A DNA stretch of 64,000 nucleotides, taken from contig NC_086097.1 of the NCBI RefSeq assembly GCF_963921235.1, positions 89,034,001-89,098,000 on the forward strand, in the 5' to 3' direction. A program made the position numbers and the translations under genes. Below the pieces are notes generated by a model. It saw only the letters and a list, made by a program, of their open reading frames with translations. It ran no database searches and was not told the origin of the DNA. Source of the stretch: Mobula hypostoma. Taxonomy: Eukaryota. Below are positions 13,820 through 26,149 of this stretch, piece after piece (positions within the stretch are counted from its first letter, which is position 1; every line of letters begins with the position of its first letter).

Positions 13820-14030
13820 AACTGCCGGACGTACTCAGTGGGTCAGGCAGCACCTATGGAGGCAAATATTTGGTCAAAATATTGATTCGAAACCCTGCAT
13901 CACACAATCCTGATGCAGGACCCCTACCATCTCTTTTGCCTCCACAGACATTACCAGCAGAGATGCTGCTTGACCCACTGAACTCATTTTTTTTTGCTCC
14001 ATATTCCAGCATCTGCAGACTCTTCTGTCT
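13820..14030. repeat. Old PLE-pLTR-derived hairpin element
   Basis: Inverted arms tcagtgggtcaggcagca / tgctgcttgacccactga and tggaggcaaa / tttgcctcca. Central cctgcatca (13894-13902) / tgatgcagg (13911-13919). Confidence 0.65.
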
Positions 14031-15299
14031 CTAGAAAATTTAAAAAAAAAATTGTAAGTAAAAGTGGGATTTGTAATCCTTCTTTAAAAATTGTGATTAA
14101 GGACTTGAGATTCCTTTGCTTCAGAATTGAGATTCCAGTGCTTTTCCATTGTTTAAGCCAGGTAGCAAGAGCAAGCCTGTGAACTACAGGCCAATCACCC
14201 CGACATCATTAATGGGGAAATTTCTGGAGGGAAGGATGTTATCGGTGTTGGATGGATTGAGTTTATCAGGAGTATGGCTTTATGCAAGGAAAGTCATACT
14301 TGACATTTTTTGAGACTTTCTGAAGCAAAGGAAAAACTGAGGAAAAGATTAGAGGAGCAAGGGAGAGCCCTCCAAGTATTTATCCAATTCTTCTTTGAAA
14401 CATTACTGAAATTGTTTCTATCACAGTTTCAGGCAGTGTAAAGAAACATTTTGTTTAGTTGCATCTGTGTCTTTTGCCAAATGCAGCAACAATTATCCAC
14501 CATTTTCCTGGATAAATCTACCCACGTCCTCTGGTTAGTGACCCTCCAGCTTAGTGGGACAGTTGTAAATTCCTCCTAATTTTAGAACATTTGAAAATAA
14601 TTAAGATTTACTCACCCGGGGAGTTGAAGTGAATTGTGAATTAGCTTCTATTTTAAGCCTTTGCATTGCATATAAGGAGATCAAATTCACCTGGCAGCAT
14701 ACCAAGGTGAACAGAATTGGAACAGAAACAAAAGAGATTCTACAGATGCTGGAATTCCTGAACAACACATACACACACAAAATGCTGGAGGAACTCAGCA
14801 CGTAAAGCAGTATCTAAAAGCTAGCAGTGAATTGCTGGATTGAATGTCACCTCTTATGTACATCAGAGCAAGTTGTATTAATTTAATAGTTTACAGTGTT
14901 GTCATTTCCACACATGCTGCCTGACCTGCTGAGTTCCTCCATTTGTACTAGCCTGCTGCATTGAGATTATGTGACCAGACAATCTGTATTCCATCAAAGA
15001 TTTCCTTAGCTTGAAAGCCCATAACCTTCTGCAGAGAATGCACCTTGCTCCCCGTTGTGGTGGAATTGGCACATCCACAACCCAGTAAGACTGGGGGTGT
15101 CCCCACGTGTAATGCCTTTCCTGGGGAGGAGTGGTTAAGTGCAACTCTTGCCATTTAGGGCAGTAGGTTTAAAGAGGGCACAGTGCCTGTTTTGAGAAGA
15201 TTAGATGAGATACCAAAGAGCCTCTGTGTTATGAGGGCTTAGATGATAGGTTAAGGGTCTTAAGAGTCTCAGATCAGTCAAAGCAGACTTGGGGGCCAG

Positions 15300-15600
15300 C
15301 AATCTGCTCTGACCATCACCTACCCATTTTTACTCTAATCCTACACTAACCTACTCTATTCTTCCCACATTCTCATCAATTCCTCCTAGATTCTACTACT
15401 TATTAGCATTGTAGAGGTAATTTACAGTGGCCAATTAACCTACTTGCTCATTTTTGGGATTTGGGAAGAAACCAGAGTATCTGGAGGAAATCCATGCAGT
15501 CACAGGGAGGTGGTCAGCATACACAGCATACTAGAGATCAAGCACAAACCCAGGGTGCTACTAGGTACAACGCCGTGCCACCACATCAATGCCACGGTGC
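15300..15600 (-). mobile_element. Decayed V-SINE
   Basis: Reverse complement of the SINE core: ttgggatttgggaagaaaccagagtatctggaggaaatccatgcagtcacaggga. Confidence 0.6.
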
Positions 15601-15709
15601 CATTTCTGTGCCACAAGGAAAGTTATAATGAAGGGCAAGTCACTGAGTATGAGTTCTACAAGAGAGTTTCATAGAAAGTAAGATATAAAGTAGGAATTTC
15701 CTCTGGAGA

Positions 15710-16305
15710 TTCAGCATGTCATCAAAAACCTTGGCAAACTGATGTGTGGTGGAAAGCATGCTAACTAGTTGCATTACGGCCTGGTACGGGAACAACAATG
15801 CCTTTGAGCAGAAAATCCTACAAAAGTTAGTGGATTTGGCCCTGTACACCACGGGTTAAACTCTCCCAACCATTGAGCACATCTACATGAAACATTGCTG
15901 TAGAAAAGCAATATCCATCATCAAAGATCCTCACCACCTGGGCCACGCTCTATTCTCACTGTTGCCATTAGGTAGATGTTACAGGCACCTCAGGACTCAC
16001 ACCATCAGGTTCAAGAACAGTTACTACCCCTCAACCATCAGGCTCTTGAACCAAAGGGGATAACTACACTCACTTAAGAACTCTTTTATCTTGTTATTTC
16101 ATGCTCGTTATTTGTTGCTATTTATTTATTATCTGCATTTGCAGTTTGTTTAGCATTTACTGTTCCTGATGTTTACAGTTTACAGATCCTGTTTACAGTT
16201 ACTATTCTATAGATTTGTTAAGTATGCCTGCAGAAAAACAATTTCAGGACTGTACGTGGCGACATGTATGTACTCTGATAAATTTTACCTGTATTTTGAA
16301 CTTTG
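15710..16305 (+). mobile_element. Rex1/L2-like LINE 3' fragment
   Basis: caccacctgggccacgctctattctcactgttgccattaggt...ttcaagaacagttactacccctc encodes an HALFSLLP...FKNSYYP-type motif. Tail aaattttacc...gaactttga. Confidence 0.75.
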
Positions 16306-17419
16306 AAGGAATTAGAACAAACGTGTTATGGATCAGGTCAATGGGCGTCAAAGGTGTTAGAGTGATTTTTGGGTTTAGGTTATTTACATTTAGCAAATGA
16401 CTTTGGTTACCAGTCTTCTGCCTTTGAATTATGTATTGTGAATTTGATTTGGAACAATAGATTCCTAAAAGCTGTGGGTCCCAGTCCAGACGATGTTGGC
16501 ATCTGTGGGATGCATGCAAATCAGGAGGCGTGAAGTTTGTATGTAGTTTCAAAAGAAAGCATTGTCGATACTTTCTAAATATGGAATTATCCTCTGTGTT
16601 TAGCACATGAATATCAAGCCCCACGTTGGGCCAGCAGATTTTTCCACTGAAAGCGTCTTCATATGATGCCTCCTGTACCTTGTTTTGTCAAATAAAGAAG
16701 CTGCTTTGTATCTACCAGTAATTTTCTCCACAGACTTCATTCACTCAACAACAAAGGGGACAGCACTCCAATGGTTACCTCATGCAAAAGAAAGCAGTTG
16801 TAATTACCAGATTTCAATCATCCTAGCCTCGCCAGGTCATCATAGTGCAGCATAGCGGTGTCCTAAACTCAAACATTTCCATCTTCCTTTCACCATAAGT
16901 CAGATGTTTGGTGATGATTGCACAACTTTGAATTCCATTTGCTTCTCTTCATAAAATAAAGCAGCCCTTAACTGCAACCATGAAAACCTAGACAACATCC
17001 AGGCATGGAATGATTAGTAGCAAGAAAAAAAATGAGAAATTTGAGCTCAGGAACGTCTAAGAATTAATGTGCAGATGAAGCAAGTGGTATGCTGCACTTT
17101 ATTGAAAAAGGATTTGAACCTAAGAATAATGACACCTTACTGAAATTACGAGACCTGCTAAGAGGTCTCCCTATCCAAGGACATGTTGTTATCAGGTTTA
17201 GCTAGAAACAGGGTCAGAGACTCAAACTAAAGAGCAGCCATTCAGATCTGAGATGAAATTAAATTAACTCATGCAGAAAGCAGTGGATATTTGGATTATC
17301 TACTCAAGTGGAAGCTCAGTTGCTGAATAGATTTAAAAAAGAGGTTGACTTTTGGATGTTAAAATAAATCATGTTTTATGGTGGTTAGTGCAGGCAAAAG
17401 ATCAGTCATGAAATTGAAA

Positions 17420-18140
17420 AACAAAGCAGACAGGAGCCACAAAATGGGCGACTCCTGCTTCTTTTTCTTGTGTCCTTAAATGCCACAGAAGAGTCAGCCA
17501 ATAACATTTCCAATAACTATCTAACCATCTAGCCTCAGCATACCATTGGGAATCCTCCAGTATCCCAGGGATCCCCACTGGTCAGAAACTCAACTGGATC
17601 GGGCACATAAGTACTAGACCAAAATACAGCCCAGAGACTGGGTATCCTGCAACAAGTGGCTTACCTTCTAACGACACAAAGCTTTTCCGCCTTCACAGGC
17701 GCAAGTCAAGAATACACTGACATATCCTGCATTTGGCTGGATGCAGAACAATATTCGAAAAAGCTCAACGTCGTCCAGGAGAAGGCAGTCCATAAGATGC
17801 TCTGACCCGAAATATTAATTGCTTCCACCACTGGCACGCAGTGGCTGCGGTATGCAGCATCTACAACATGTACAGTGGTTAATCATGAGGCTGCTCACAA
17901 CATCTACTAAATGCATGATCTCTCCAGCAACAGGTACAAGAACCGCGTGCGCATGGAATTGCCACCACCTGCAGGTACCTCTGCAAGTCTTACATCTTCC
18001 TGATTCAGAAATACAGCTTCATCCTTCATTACACTGTGTTTAAATCCCCCAGTATTCTGAGAGTGGAAGTATTAAAAGGATTATAGTGCTTCAAGGGAAG
18101 TGCTCACTGCCTCCTTCTCAAGAGCAGTTAGGGATGGGGA
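17420..18140 (+). mobile_element. Old L2/CR1-group LINE 3' fragment
   Basis: Decayed paralogue of 26150-27000, with a tail ctccttctcaagagcagttagggatgg. Confidence 0.55.
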
Positions 18141-19309
18141 TGATTGTGGTCCTAGGTATCCCATAATTGAAAGGATAACTTTTTTGTCTCAGAGATTTTA
18201 AACACAGATGTTCCCCCTCCCCCAATGGGGATGTTTCTTATCTGGAATAATCTGTCAGTGGAGGTAGGACAGACAGATACAATTATGATGTTTAAAGGTA
18301 TATCTAGAGATTTTGTGAGCTGCCTGCAAAAATGCCATCGTGTATCGCCAGTGCCATCTTTGAAAAGATATATAGATAGGAAAGGCATAAAGGGATCTGG
18401 GGAAATGGTTAGCAATGCTAAGCACAACTGTCAGCATGGATGAGGTGGGGTGACAAGGCTCATTTCTGTGCAGTACATCTCTGTAATTTTATGATCCGAT
18501 GAGCTGCAGCGATATTGAGCCAGCGTCACAGAGGAGTAATACAACCCAATGTGCGTCATCCTGATACACATCAAGCACACAATGTGACAAAGAGGTGATG
18601 AGGACTGTGCAACAACACGAAGATTACAATGTTGGGCGACAGTTTTAAATAGTATCAGACAGCTCTGCTCTTAAGCAGTCATGACTATTGTGCATTAGAG
18701 AGTAGCAGCAGAATATTAGACCAGATAGGGTTAGAAAGAGGGAATTTCAGAAGACAGCAGACCACATTGAGGGGTATGGGAACCATGTAAACTCAAGTGT
18801 AGCCTTAGATAATAAACAAATCATCTTAAAAGGCAAATCTTTTATGGGATTAGCCTCTGACCTTCTATGACTATTCTGAACTCGATGCCCTGAGAGAAAA
18901 ATCTATCAGTCCCAGAGTAAACGAACCAAACAACTGGCAGTGAGCACCGATGTAGCAGAGAGACTTTGAAGCCTGCTGAAATCACTTCACAGTAGGAAGA
19001 GAGGCAGTGGCTCAGGAACATCAGAGTCAACATTAGTATGAGTTTACTCACCTGATTGGAATCTACAGGTTTATATGTCTGACTAATTATTTACACTGGA
19101 TTCCCAAAAGGAAGTAGATCTTCAATTATAATTTTTGGTCTTTCATTGGATTTTGATCCTTGTTAGTGGTACAGCTGTTCATTGTTTTGGCCTCTCTCAT
19201 ATCAGTACTTTTAATTGCTCTACATTTAGCAGGCTTGCTCTTAGCTCCTTTGACTCTGTTGTTGGTCTTGATAACGCAGTATATACAGAGTTGGCAATGC
19301 CTTCAATAA

Positions 19310-19515
19310 AATCAGACAATGCTGGAAACTCTCAACAGGCCAAGCAGCACGTCTGGGAAGAGAAACAGATCTGACACTCTTTGTCAGAATGGTTTGTCAG
19401 TGTCTCTGATCTGAAAATATTAACCTTGCACCCACTTCCCCACAAAGGCTGCCTGGCCCACTGAGTTTTTCCATCATTTCCTGCTTTTATTTCAAAATTT
19501 CATCATATGCAGTTT
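19310..19515. repeat. Old PLE-pLTR-derived hairpin element
   Basis: Inverted arms atgctggaaactctcaacaggccaagcagc / gctgcctggcccactgagtttttccatcat. Confidence 0.55.
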
Positions 19516-20554
19516 TATTTTGAAATTCAGGACCTCTTTCTCTTCATCACTGACTGGTGAGCGTGGTCACTCTGGGAGAGTGTTACCTCAGCTCTTCTCC
19601 ACCTCTGAGGAGAGCACCTGGCCCAGGATTTCCAAATGGGATCTTCTACTCCAATAACCTGGAGGAGCAGCCAATAAGACAGGCCAGTTGATAGGAGGCA
19701 AAAGCTTTCTCAAAAGAGAAACAAGTATTAGGATTAATAGGTTGAAGGTGAGAGGGGAAATATCTAAAGAAGACATGAAGGCCAGAGCTTCCACAGGGAG
19801 GGTAGGTATATGGTAGAAGGCGCCAGAGGAAGCGATGGCGATGCGTCCAATTAAAACATTTAAGATATATTTGGAGAGGTGCACGAATAGGAAAGATTTA
19901 TGGTGATATAGGCCTAATGCAAGCAAGAGGGACTAGCTCATTGGTTGGCATAGATGAGCTGGACCGAAGGATCTTTCTCCATGCTGTCTGTCTCTATGAC
20001 ATTGCACCTCTCGGGAAGTAAGGGGTTAAGAATCATCTTTATTAAGACCTCAAATCAAACTGCTCAAAATAACTGGGAGGATGAACCTGGGACTGTTTCT
20101 TGAAGCCACACGTTGTAGAGGTGAGAACAGAACATTTTTTTGAAACTTTATGTAATGAGGCACAGTTAATTAATTATCTCACATCGGATATTCTCCAGTG
20201 AAGACTGATAATACTATTTTTGAGAATGACGGTTAAATATAAAATTACTGTTAAATAAAGTTATACATGCATGAATGAGAGATGGCTTGGAGATAATGAA
20301 GGCAATTAGATCAAATGCTGGTAAATGGGCAATAGCAGACACAAAAATATTTTGCAATGTTTAACATGCATTGCTCCTTTGAGAAACAAAATAACTCTGG
20401 TTGAAAAATGAATGATCTAGAACAAACCATAAAGATAGAGATAGAATTTGATTAAAATTTAGAGGCATAATATTGCCTAATGATTTAGGGAGTTATAGGA
20501 AGAAGTAACAAATGGTCAGAAAATTACAATGAGGAAGAAAATAAGATAATTGAT

Positions 20555-21878
20555 TAGGCTTATAGTAGACATACAGACTCTCACAGCTACCTGGACTATT
20601 CCTCCTCCCACCCTATCTCTTGCAAAAATATCATCCCCTTCTCGCAATTCCTCCATCTCTGCCGCATCTGCTCTCAGGATGAGGCTTTTCATTCCAGGAT
20701 GAAGGAGATGTCCTCCATTTTTAAAGAAAGGGGTTTCCCTTCCTCCACCATCAACTCTGCTCTCAAATGCATCTCCCCCATTTCACGCACATCTGCTCTC
20801 ACTCCATCCTCCCGCCACCCCACTAGGAATAGGGTTCCCCTTGTCCTCACCTACCATCCCACCAGCCTCCGGGTCCAACATATAATTCTCCATAACTTCT
20901 GCCACCTCCAACGGGATCCCACCACCAAGCACATCTTTCCCTCCACCCCCCCCTTTCTGCTTTCCACAGGGATCGCTCCCTAGTCCATTTGTCCCCCACT
21001 TCCCACCAATCTCCCTCCCAGCACTTATCTTTGTAAGCAGAACAAGTGCCACACATGCCCTTACACTTCCTCCCTCACCACCATTCACGGCCCCAGACAT
21101 TCCTTCCAGGTGAGGCGACACTTCACCTGTGAGTCGACTGGGGTGATATACTGCCTCCGGTGCTCCTGACGTGGCCTTCTAAATATTGGCGAGACCCAAC
21201 ACAGGCTGTGAGACCGTTTCACTGAACACCTACGCTCTGTCCACCAGAGGAAGCAGGATCTCCCAGTGGCCACACATTTTAATTCCACATCCCATTCCCA
21301 TTGTGATATGTCTATCCACAGTTTCCTCTACTGTCAAGATGAAGCCACACTCAGGTTGGAGGAACAACACCTTATACTCCGTCTGGGTATCCTCCAACCT
21401 GATGGCATGAACATTGACTTTTCTAACTTCCATTAATGGCCCACCTCCCCTTTGTACCCCATCCCTTATTTATTTATTTGTTTTTATTTTTTTTCTTTTT
21501 CTTCTCTCTCTCTTTTTTCTCCCTTTGTCCCTCTCACTATACCCCTTGCCCATCCTCTGGGCTCCCCTCCCCCCTTCTTTCTCCCTCGGCCTCACATCCC
21601 ATGATCCTCTCCCTTCTCCAGCCTCATATCCCTTTTGCCAATCAACTTTCCAGCTTTTAGCTCCATCCCTCCCCCTCCTGTCTTCTCCTATCATTTCGGA
21701 TCTCCCCCTTCCCCTCCCACTTTCGAATCTCTTACTATCTCTTCTTTCAGTTAGTCCTGATGAAGGGTCTTGGCCCGAAACGTCGACTGTACGTCTTCCT
21801 AGAGATGCTGCCTGGCCTGCTGAGTTCCACCAGCATTTTGTGTGTGTTGCTTGAATTTCCAGCATCTGCAGATTTTCT
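20555..21878 (+). mobile_element. 5'-truncated Penelope-like element (GIY-YIG part plus pLTR) with an 18-nt 5' inversion
   Basis: High similarity to 46345-47660. ORF 20699-20983 MSSIFKERGFPSS...RVPLVLTYHP. 20555-20572 is the reverse complement of the adjacent element sequence. Confidence 0.9.
21753..21788 (+). ncRNA. Minimal type I hammerhead ribozyme motif (intact core)
   Basis: agtc CTGATGA agggtcttggccc GAAA cgtc gact. Stem I agtc/gact, stem II ggg/ccc, palindromic ACGT helix III, GUC triplet with predicted cut after 21784. Confidence 0.75.
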
Positions 21879-22544
21879 AGTGTTAGCCACTTTCAAGGTG
21901 CTGTGGTCTTGGACTCCAAGATCCCTCTGCACATTAACACCATTAAGGGTCTTGCCTTTAACTGTATACTGTCCCTTTACATTTAAGTTCCCAAAGTACC
22001 ACTCTTCACACTTGGCTAGTGCATCTACCACTTCTCTGCCCATATCTGAAACTGATCTCTCCTTAGACAATCTTCTACACCATTCACAAAGTCACCAATC
22101 TTTGATTCGTTGGTGAACTACCCAACCCACCCATCCACATCTTCATCCAAGTCATCTATATAAATCACAAACAATTGGAATACCTGCGGAATGCCACTAG
22201 TCACAAATCTCCATCAGAATAAGTCTCCTTAATGACTAACTACCCCACTGTCCTCAGCAAGTCAGTTTTGAATCCAAATGACAAAGATCAGTTATGGTAA
22301 AAGTGCTGAAAAACAGCAATAAGGAAGTTCTAACAAGCCAATTTGCTAACGACAACACTGATAAGGGCACAGGAAAAAGGTTTGTCCAATCTAGGGGAAT
22401 TTTTTTTTGAGACTGTAACCATGGAGAAATTATTGTCTAGTGTCTTCAGACTTTCAATGTATTTTGATAAACTGTTTCATAAAAGAAATGCTGTTTAACA
22501 GAATAAAGGGCTCAACATAGTAGAATAATATTACAGTATGGGTT

Positions 22545-25500
22545 TGTAGGGTAATGTAATGGGTGACAGATAACAGATATCGTTCAAAATAGAAACTGTT
22601 CTACGTAATTCACAAACACTTTCATTGAGCTGCTGTGTTCACTTTAAGAGATTGTGTCTGATATACTGATGTCAGTGCAAGGTGATTGCTTTTGATTTGA
22701 TTGTGATGGAAATAAAGTGCTGCAGCTTTTGTTAAGCACATCAAATGACTTTTGTATGTTTTATTCACAGAATCCTACATTGGTGACAATGACGCTGTCG
22801 GATGATTCCAGTGTTACTCAGTGACATGTCAACCAATATAGTCGCTTTAAAGCTGCCAGACTTCTGGAAGCAGCACGCTACCATGTGGTTTGCACAAGCT
22901 TCGACAGTGCCAGCACATCGAGGCATCAGAGGTCTGCGGACACTGTGGGTTTCAGTTGCCAGAGTCATCTCTTATTCATTATGGACACCCTTTCGGAGCG
23001 ATGCTTCCTGTGTGACACAGGTGCTCAAGTGAGTGTACTGCCAGCATGGCACATTGATTACAAGGCAGAGAACGAGGAGCCCTCACTGGAGGCTGCCAAT
23101 GGCAACGGGATCCAGACTTATGGGACACAACGTGTGACGCACTGCTTCAGTGGACAATACTACACATGGGACTCTGTCTAGACGCAGACTTCCTGTGCAT
23201 CCCAAAGGATTGTTAGTAGATTTTAAGAACTGCTGCTTGTGGACACAAAGGATTTTGGATCAATACCCTGTACCCCCAGTAAGTTCCCCATGACAACTCT
23301 GCCTAGCGCATGCACCACAATATGAGAATTCACTTGCCGGCTGGCAAATTTTGAAACCTCACCAAGCCCACACTTTCTGCTAGAGACACAAAGCATGCAG
23401 TCGAGCACCATATTTCCACAACTTGCTTGCTGGTCAATGCCCGTGCATATAGACAGGACCCAGAAAAACTCAGTGTGAAGGCTGCGTTTGCTAAAGTGGA
23501 CTTAATCAAGGTGCCTATCTGCACTGAGGACATTCCCAAAACTGCTGTAATAACCCTATTTGAGTTTCTGAACATGCTTTTGGGCTGAAAAGTACAGCAC
23601 ATTTGATTGAGAGCTTCTCGGTCTCTATCTGACCGTCCATCATTTTCACTTTCTACCGGAGGGGCGGCGTTTCACAGCGGTCATTGGCCACAAACTCCTC
23701 GTGCACACGATGGCCAAAGGATGACAGCAATGCTACCTGACCTGCAATTCACGACTGACATACATCGAAGGGAAAGACAATGCTGTGGCTAATTGCCTCT
23801 CACGGCCCACCATTGATGCCATACACATTGGGGCTGACATGGCAGCCAACCAAGCTGCCGACCCAGAAGTTCAAACCTGCAGGACAGCAGTTGGCTGATG
23901 TCAAGGTCAGAGTTGCAGGAGTTTCTCTCCTATGCAATGTCTCAACTGGTTGCCCTCGCCCTATAGTGTCTGCAGACTGGAGGTGTACTGTTTTTAACTC
24001 CATTCATGGCCTCTCGCCTCCGGGCAGGAAAGCTACACAGAAACTGGGTGCTTTAAAGCTTATGTGGCACAGCCTTAGGAAGGACTTGCGAGATTAGTGT
24101 GTACCCTGTGTTGTGTGTCAGCTGGTGAAAATTAATCACCCCATTCGGGCACCGTCGGCACCTTTTGAGGTTCCTGAGTGATGGTTTGACCACATCAATG
24201 TGGGCCTCGTTGGTCCTCTCTAGAGTCAACGATGGCAGCAGTTGTTCATCAACACCTGGGTTGCTCGGATCAGCACCCCATCTGTAATTACTTCCGACTG
24301 CAGCCCCCAATTCACGTCAGACCTCTGTGCTGCCGTGGCCCAGAACCTCGGCATTAAGTTGCATCACACCACAGTGCATCACCTGCAGTCCAAAGGCATG
24401 TGCGAGCGGTTTCACTGTTCCTTGAAGGCTGCTGTGAGGGCCTCCCTGATGGATGTGTATTGGTATGATCGTCCCCCACGGGTCGTGCTGGGGCTCAGAA
24501 TGGCTCCAAAGGAGGACCTGCAGTCCTTCACAGCTGAGTTGGTGTACAGGGTGATTTTATTCCTGATGCCACCACCTGGTCAGCGTCTCAGCAGCGTCCC
24601 ACCCTCTTCAGAAAACTCAATTCTTTTACACCTACTCCTACCTCCCATCATGGCATAGAGCACTCTTGGGTCCAGATCGCCTATGTTCTACCTCATTAGC
24701 TTTTGCTCACCATGATGTACATCAATGTCCCTTAAACCCCCTCTTAGGCTCCTTTACGTTGGCCCATTTCTTGTTTTGGAATGAGGCAAAAAGACTTTTA
24801 TTGTAGATAGGAAGGGTAAGATTGAGGAGAGATTTGATAGAGGTGTACAAAATTATGAGCTATATAGGTAGGGTAAATGCATGCAGGCTTTTCCCACTGA
24901 GGTTGGGTGGGACTACAACTAGAGGTCATGGATTAAGGGTGAAAGGTGAGAAGTTTAAGGGGAACATGAAGGGAAACTTCTTCAGTCAGAGGGCCGTGAG
25001 AGTGTGGAATGAACTGCCAGCGCAAGTAGTGCACACGAGCTCAATTTTGACAGTTAAGTGAAGTCTGGATGGCTACATGAGTGGTAGGGGTACGGAGGGT
25101 TTTGGTCCTGGTGCAGACTGATGGGAGTAGGCAGTTTAAATGGTTCGGCACAGGCTAATGGGCCAAAGGGGTTGTTTCTGTTCTATGCTGTTCAGTGATT
25201 CAACGAGTCTATGTAAACCTGGATGTATTTCTGTAAGTCGCCTTAACCTGGCCCACCACAATCCGGATGGTCCCACTGCCATACCCCTTACATCACAGCA
25301 TGACCTTGCGTGTGTCAGCACACCCCTGGTCGAGCCAGAGGCACCTGCCATTACTCCAGCCAAGGTATGTAGGACCCCAGCCAGGCTGTTTTTGTGAATT
25401 CTGGGGTGGGGGTGGCCTGTGTGGGGTAATGTAATGGGTTAATGGACAACGCATGTCGCGTATCGAAACTGTTCTAATTCACAAACACCGTCATTGAGTT

Positions 25501-25646
25501 GTGTTCACTTTAAGAGACAATGTCTGACATAATGACATCGGTGTAAGACAACTGCTTTTAGTTTTGTTCCTTATGGAAGTAAAGTGCTATGGCTTTTGTT
25601 AAGCACATAAAACAACACTCACCTGTTTTATTCACAAAATCCAACA
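22545..25646 (+). mobile_element. Decayed Gypsy LTR retrotransposon
   Basis: LTRs 22545-22779 and 25420-25646 (TG...CA), PBS-like ttggtgac, G-rich PPT, imperfect TSD ggtt/agtt. Protease FLCDTGAQVSVLP and integrase VITSDCSPQFTS...GIKLHHTT...GMCERFH. Confidence 0.85.
24822..25212 (+). mobile_element. CR1 3' fragment nested in the Gypsy element
   Basis: RRDLIEVYKIM...TRGHGLRVKGEKF...VRVWNELP. Confidence 0.85.
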
Positions 25647-26149
25647 AGTTGGAGACTCTCCAATGGTCAAACAGTAAAGTGTAGAAATGAAGATGCTCTT
25701 TTATTTTGGTAGTGGATCAGTGCTATACCACCAGTGATATACAATTTATATTAATGACTCCGATGAAGTCATGAGGGTATCATATCCAAGTTGGTTGCCG
25801 GTGGTAACTTACATGGGAAAGTAAGTTTAGTGGAGGACTGGTAAGTCTTTAAATCATATACAAATTCCTAGATGTGTGGAGTATACTATGGGAAGAATTG
25901 AAAATTAGGAACATATTTCAAATGATGAAACTAGTAAATATTAGAGTTCAGAGGGATGTGCTTTCCCATACAGAAAGCACAAGAAGTTACGTGGCAATTC
26001 AGCAAACTATTGGGAAGCCTGATGGTTAATTGGCTTTTATTGTGAGGTGGTTGTAGTGCAGCAGTTAGGAAGCCTTGTTGCAATTCCACAGGACCTGAGG
26101 CTCCACACCTGGAAGCCGATGTACCATTTTCCATGCCTGAGGAAGAGAC

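Noticed and set aside
21414..22116. Cluster of overlapping 70-146 aa ORFs
   Set aside because: Low-complexity pyrimidine-rich pLTR and CR1 sequence. The same spurious peptides recur at each pLTR copy.
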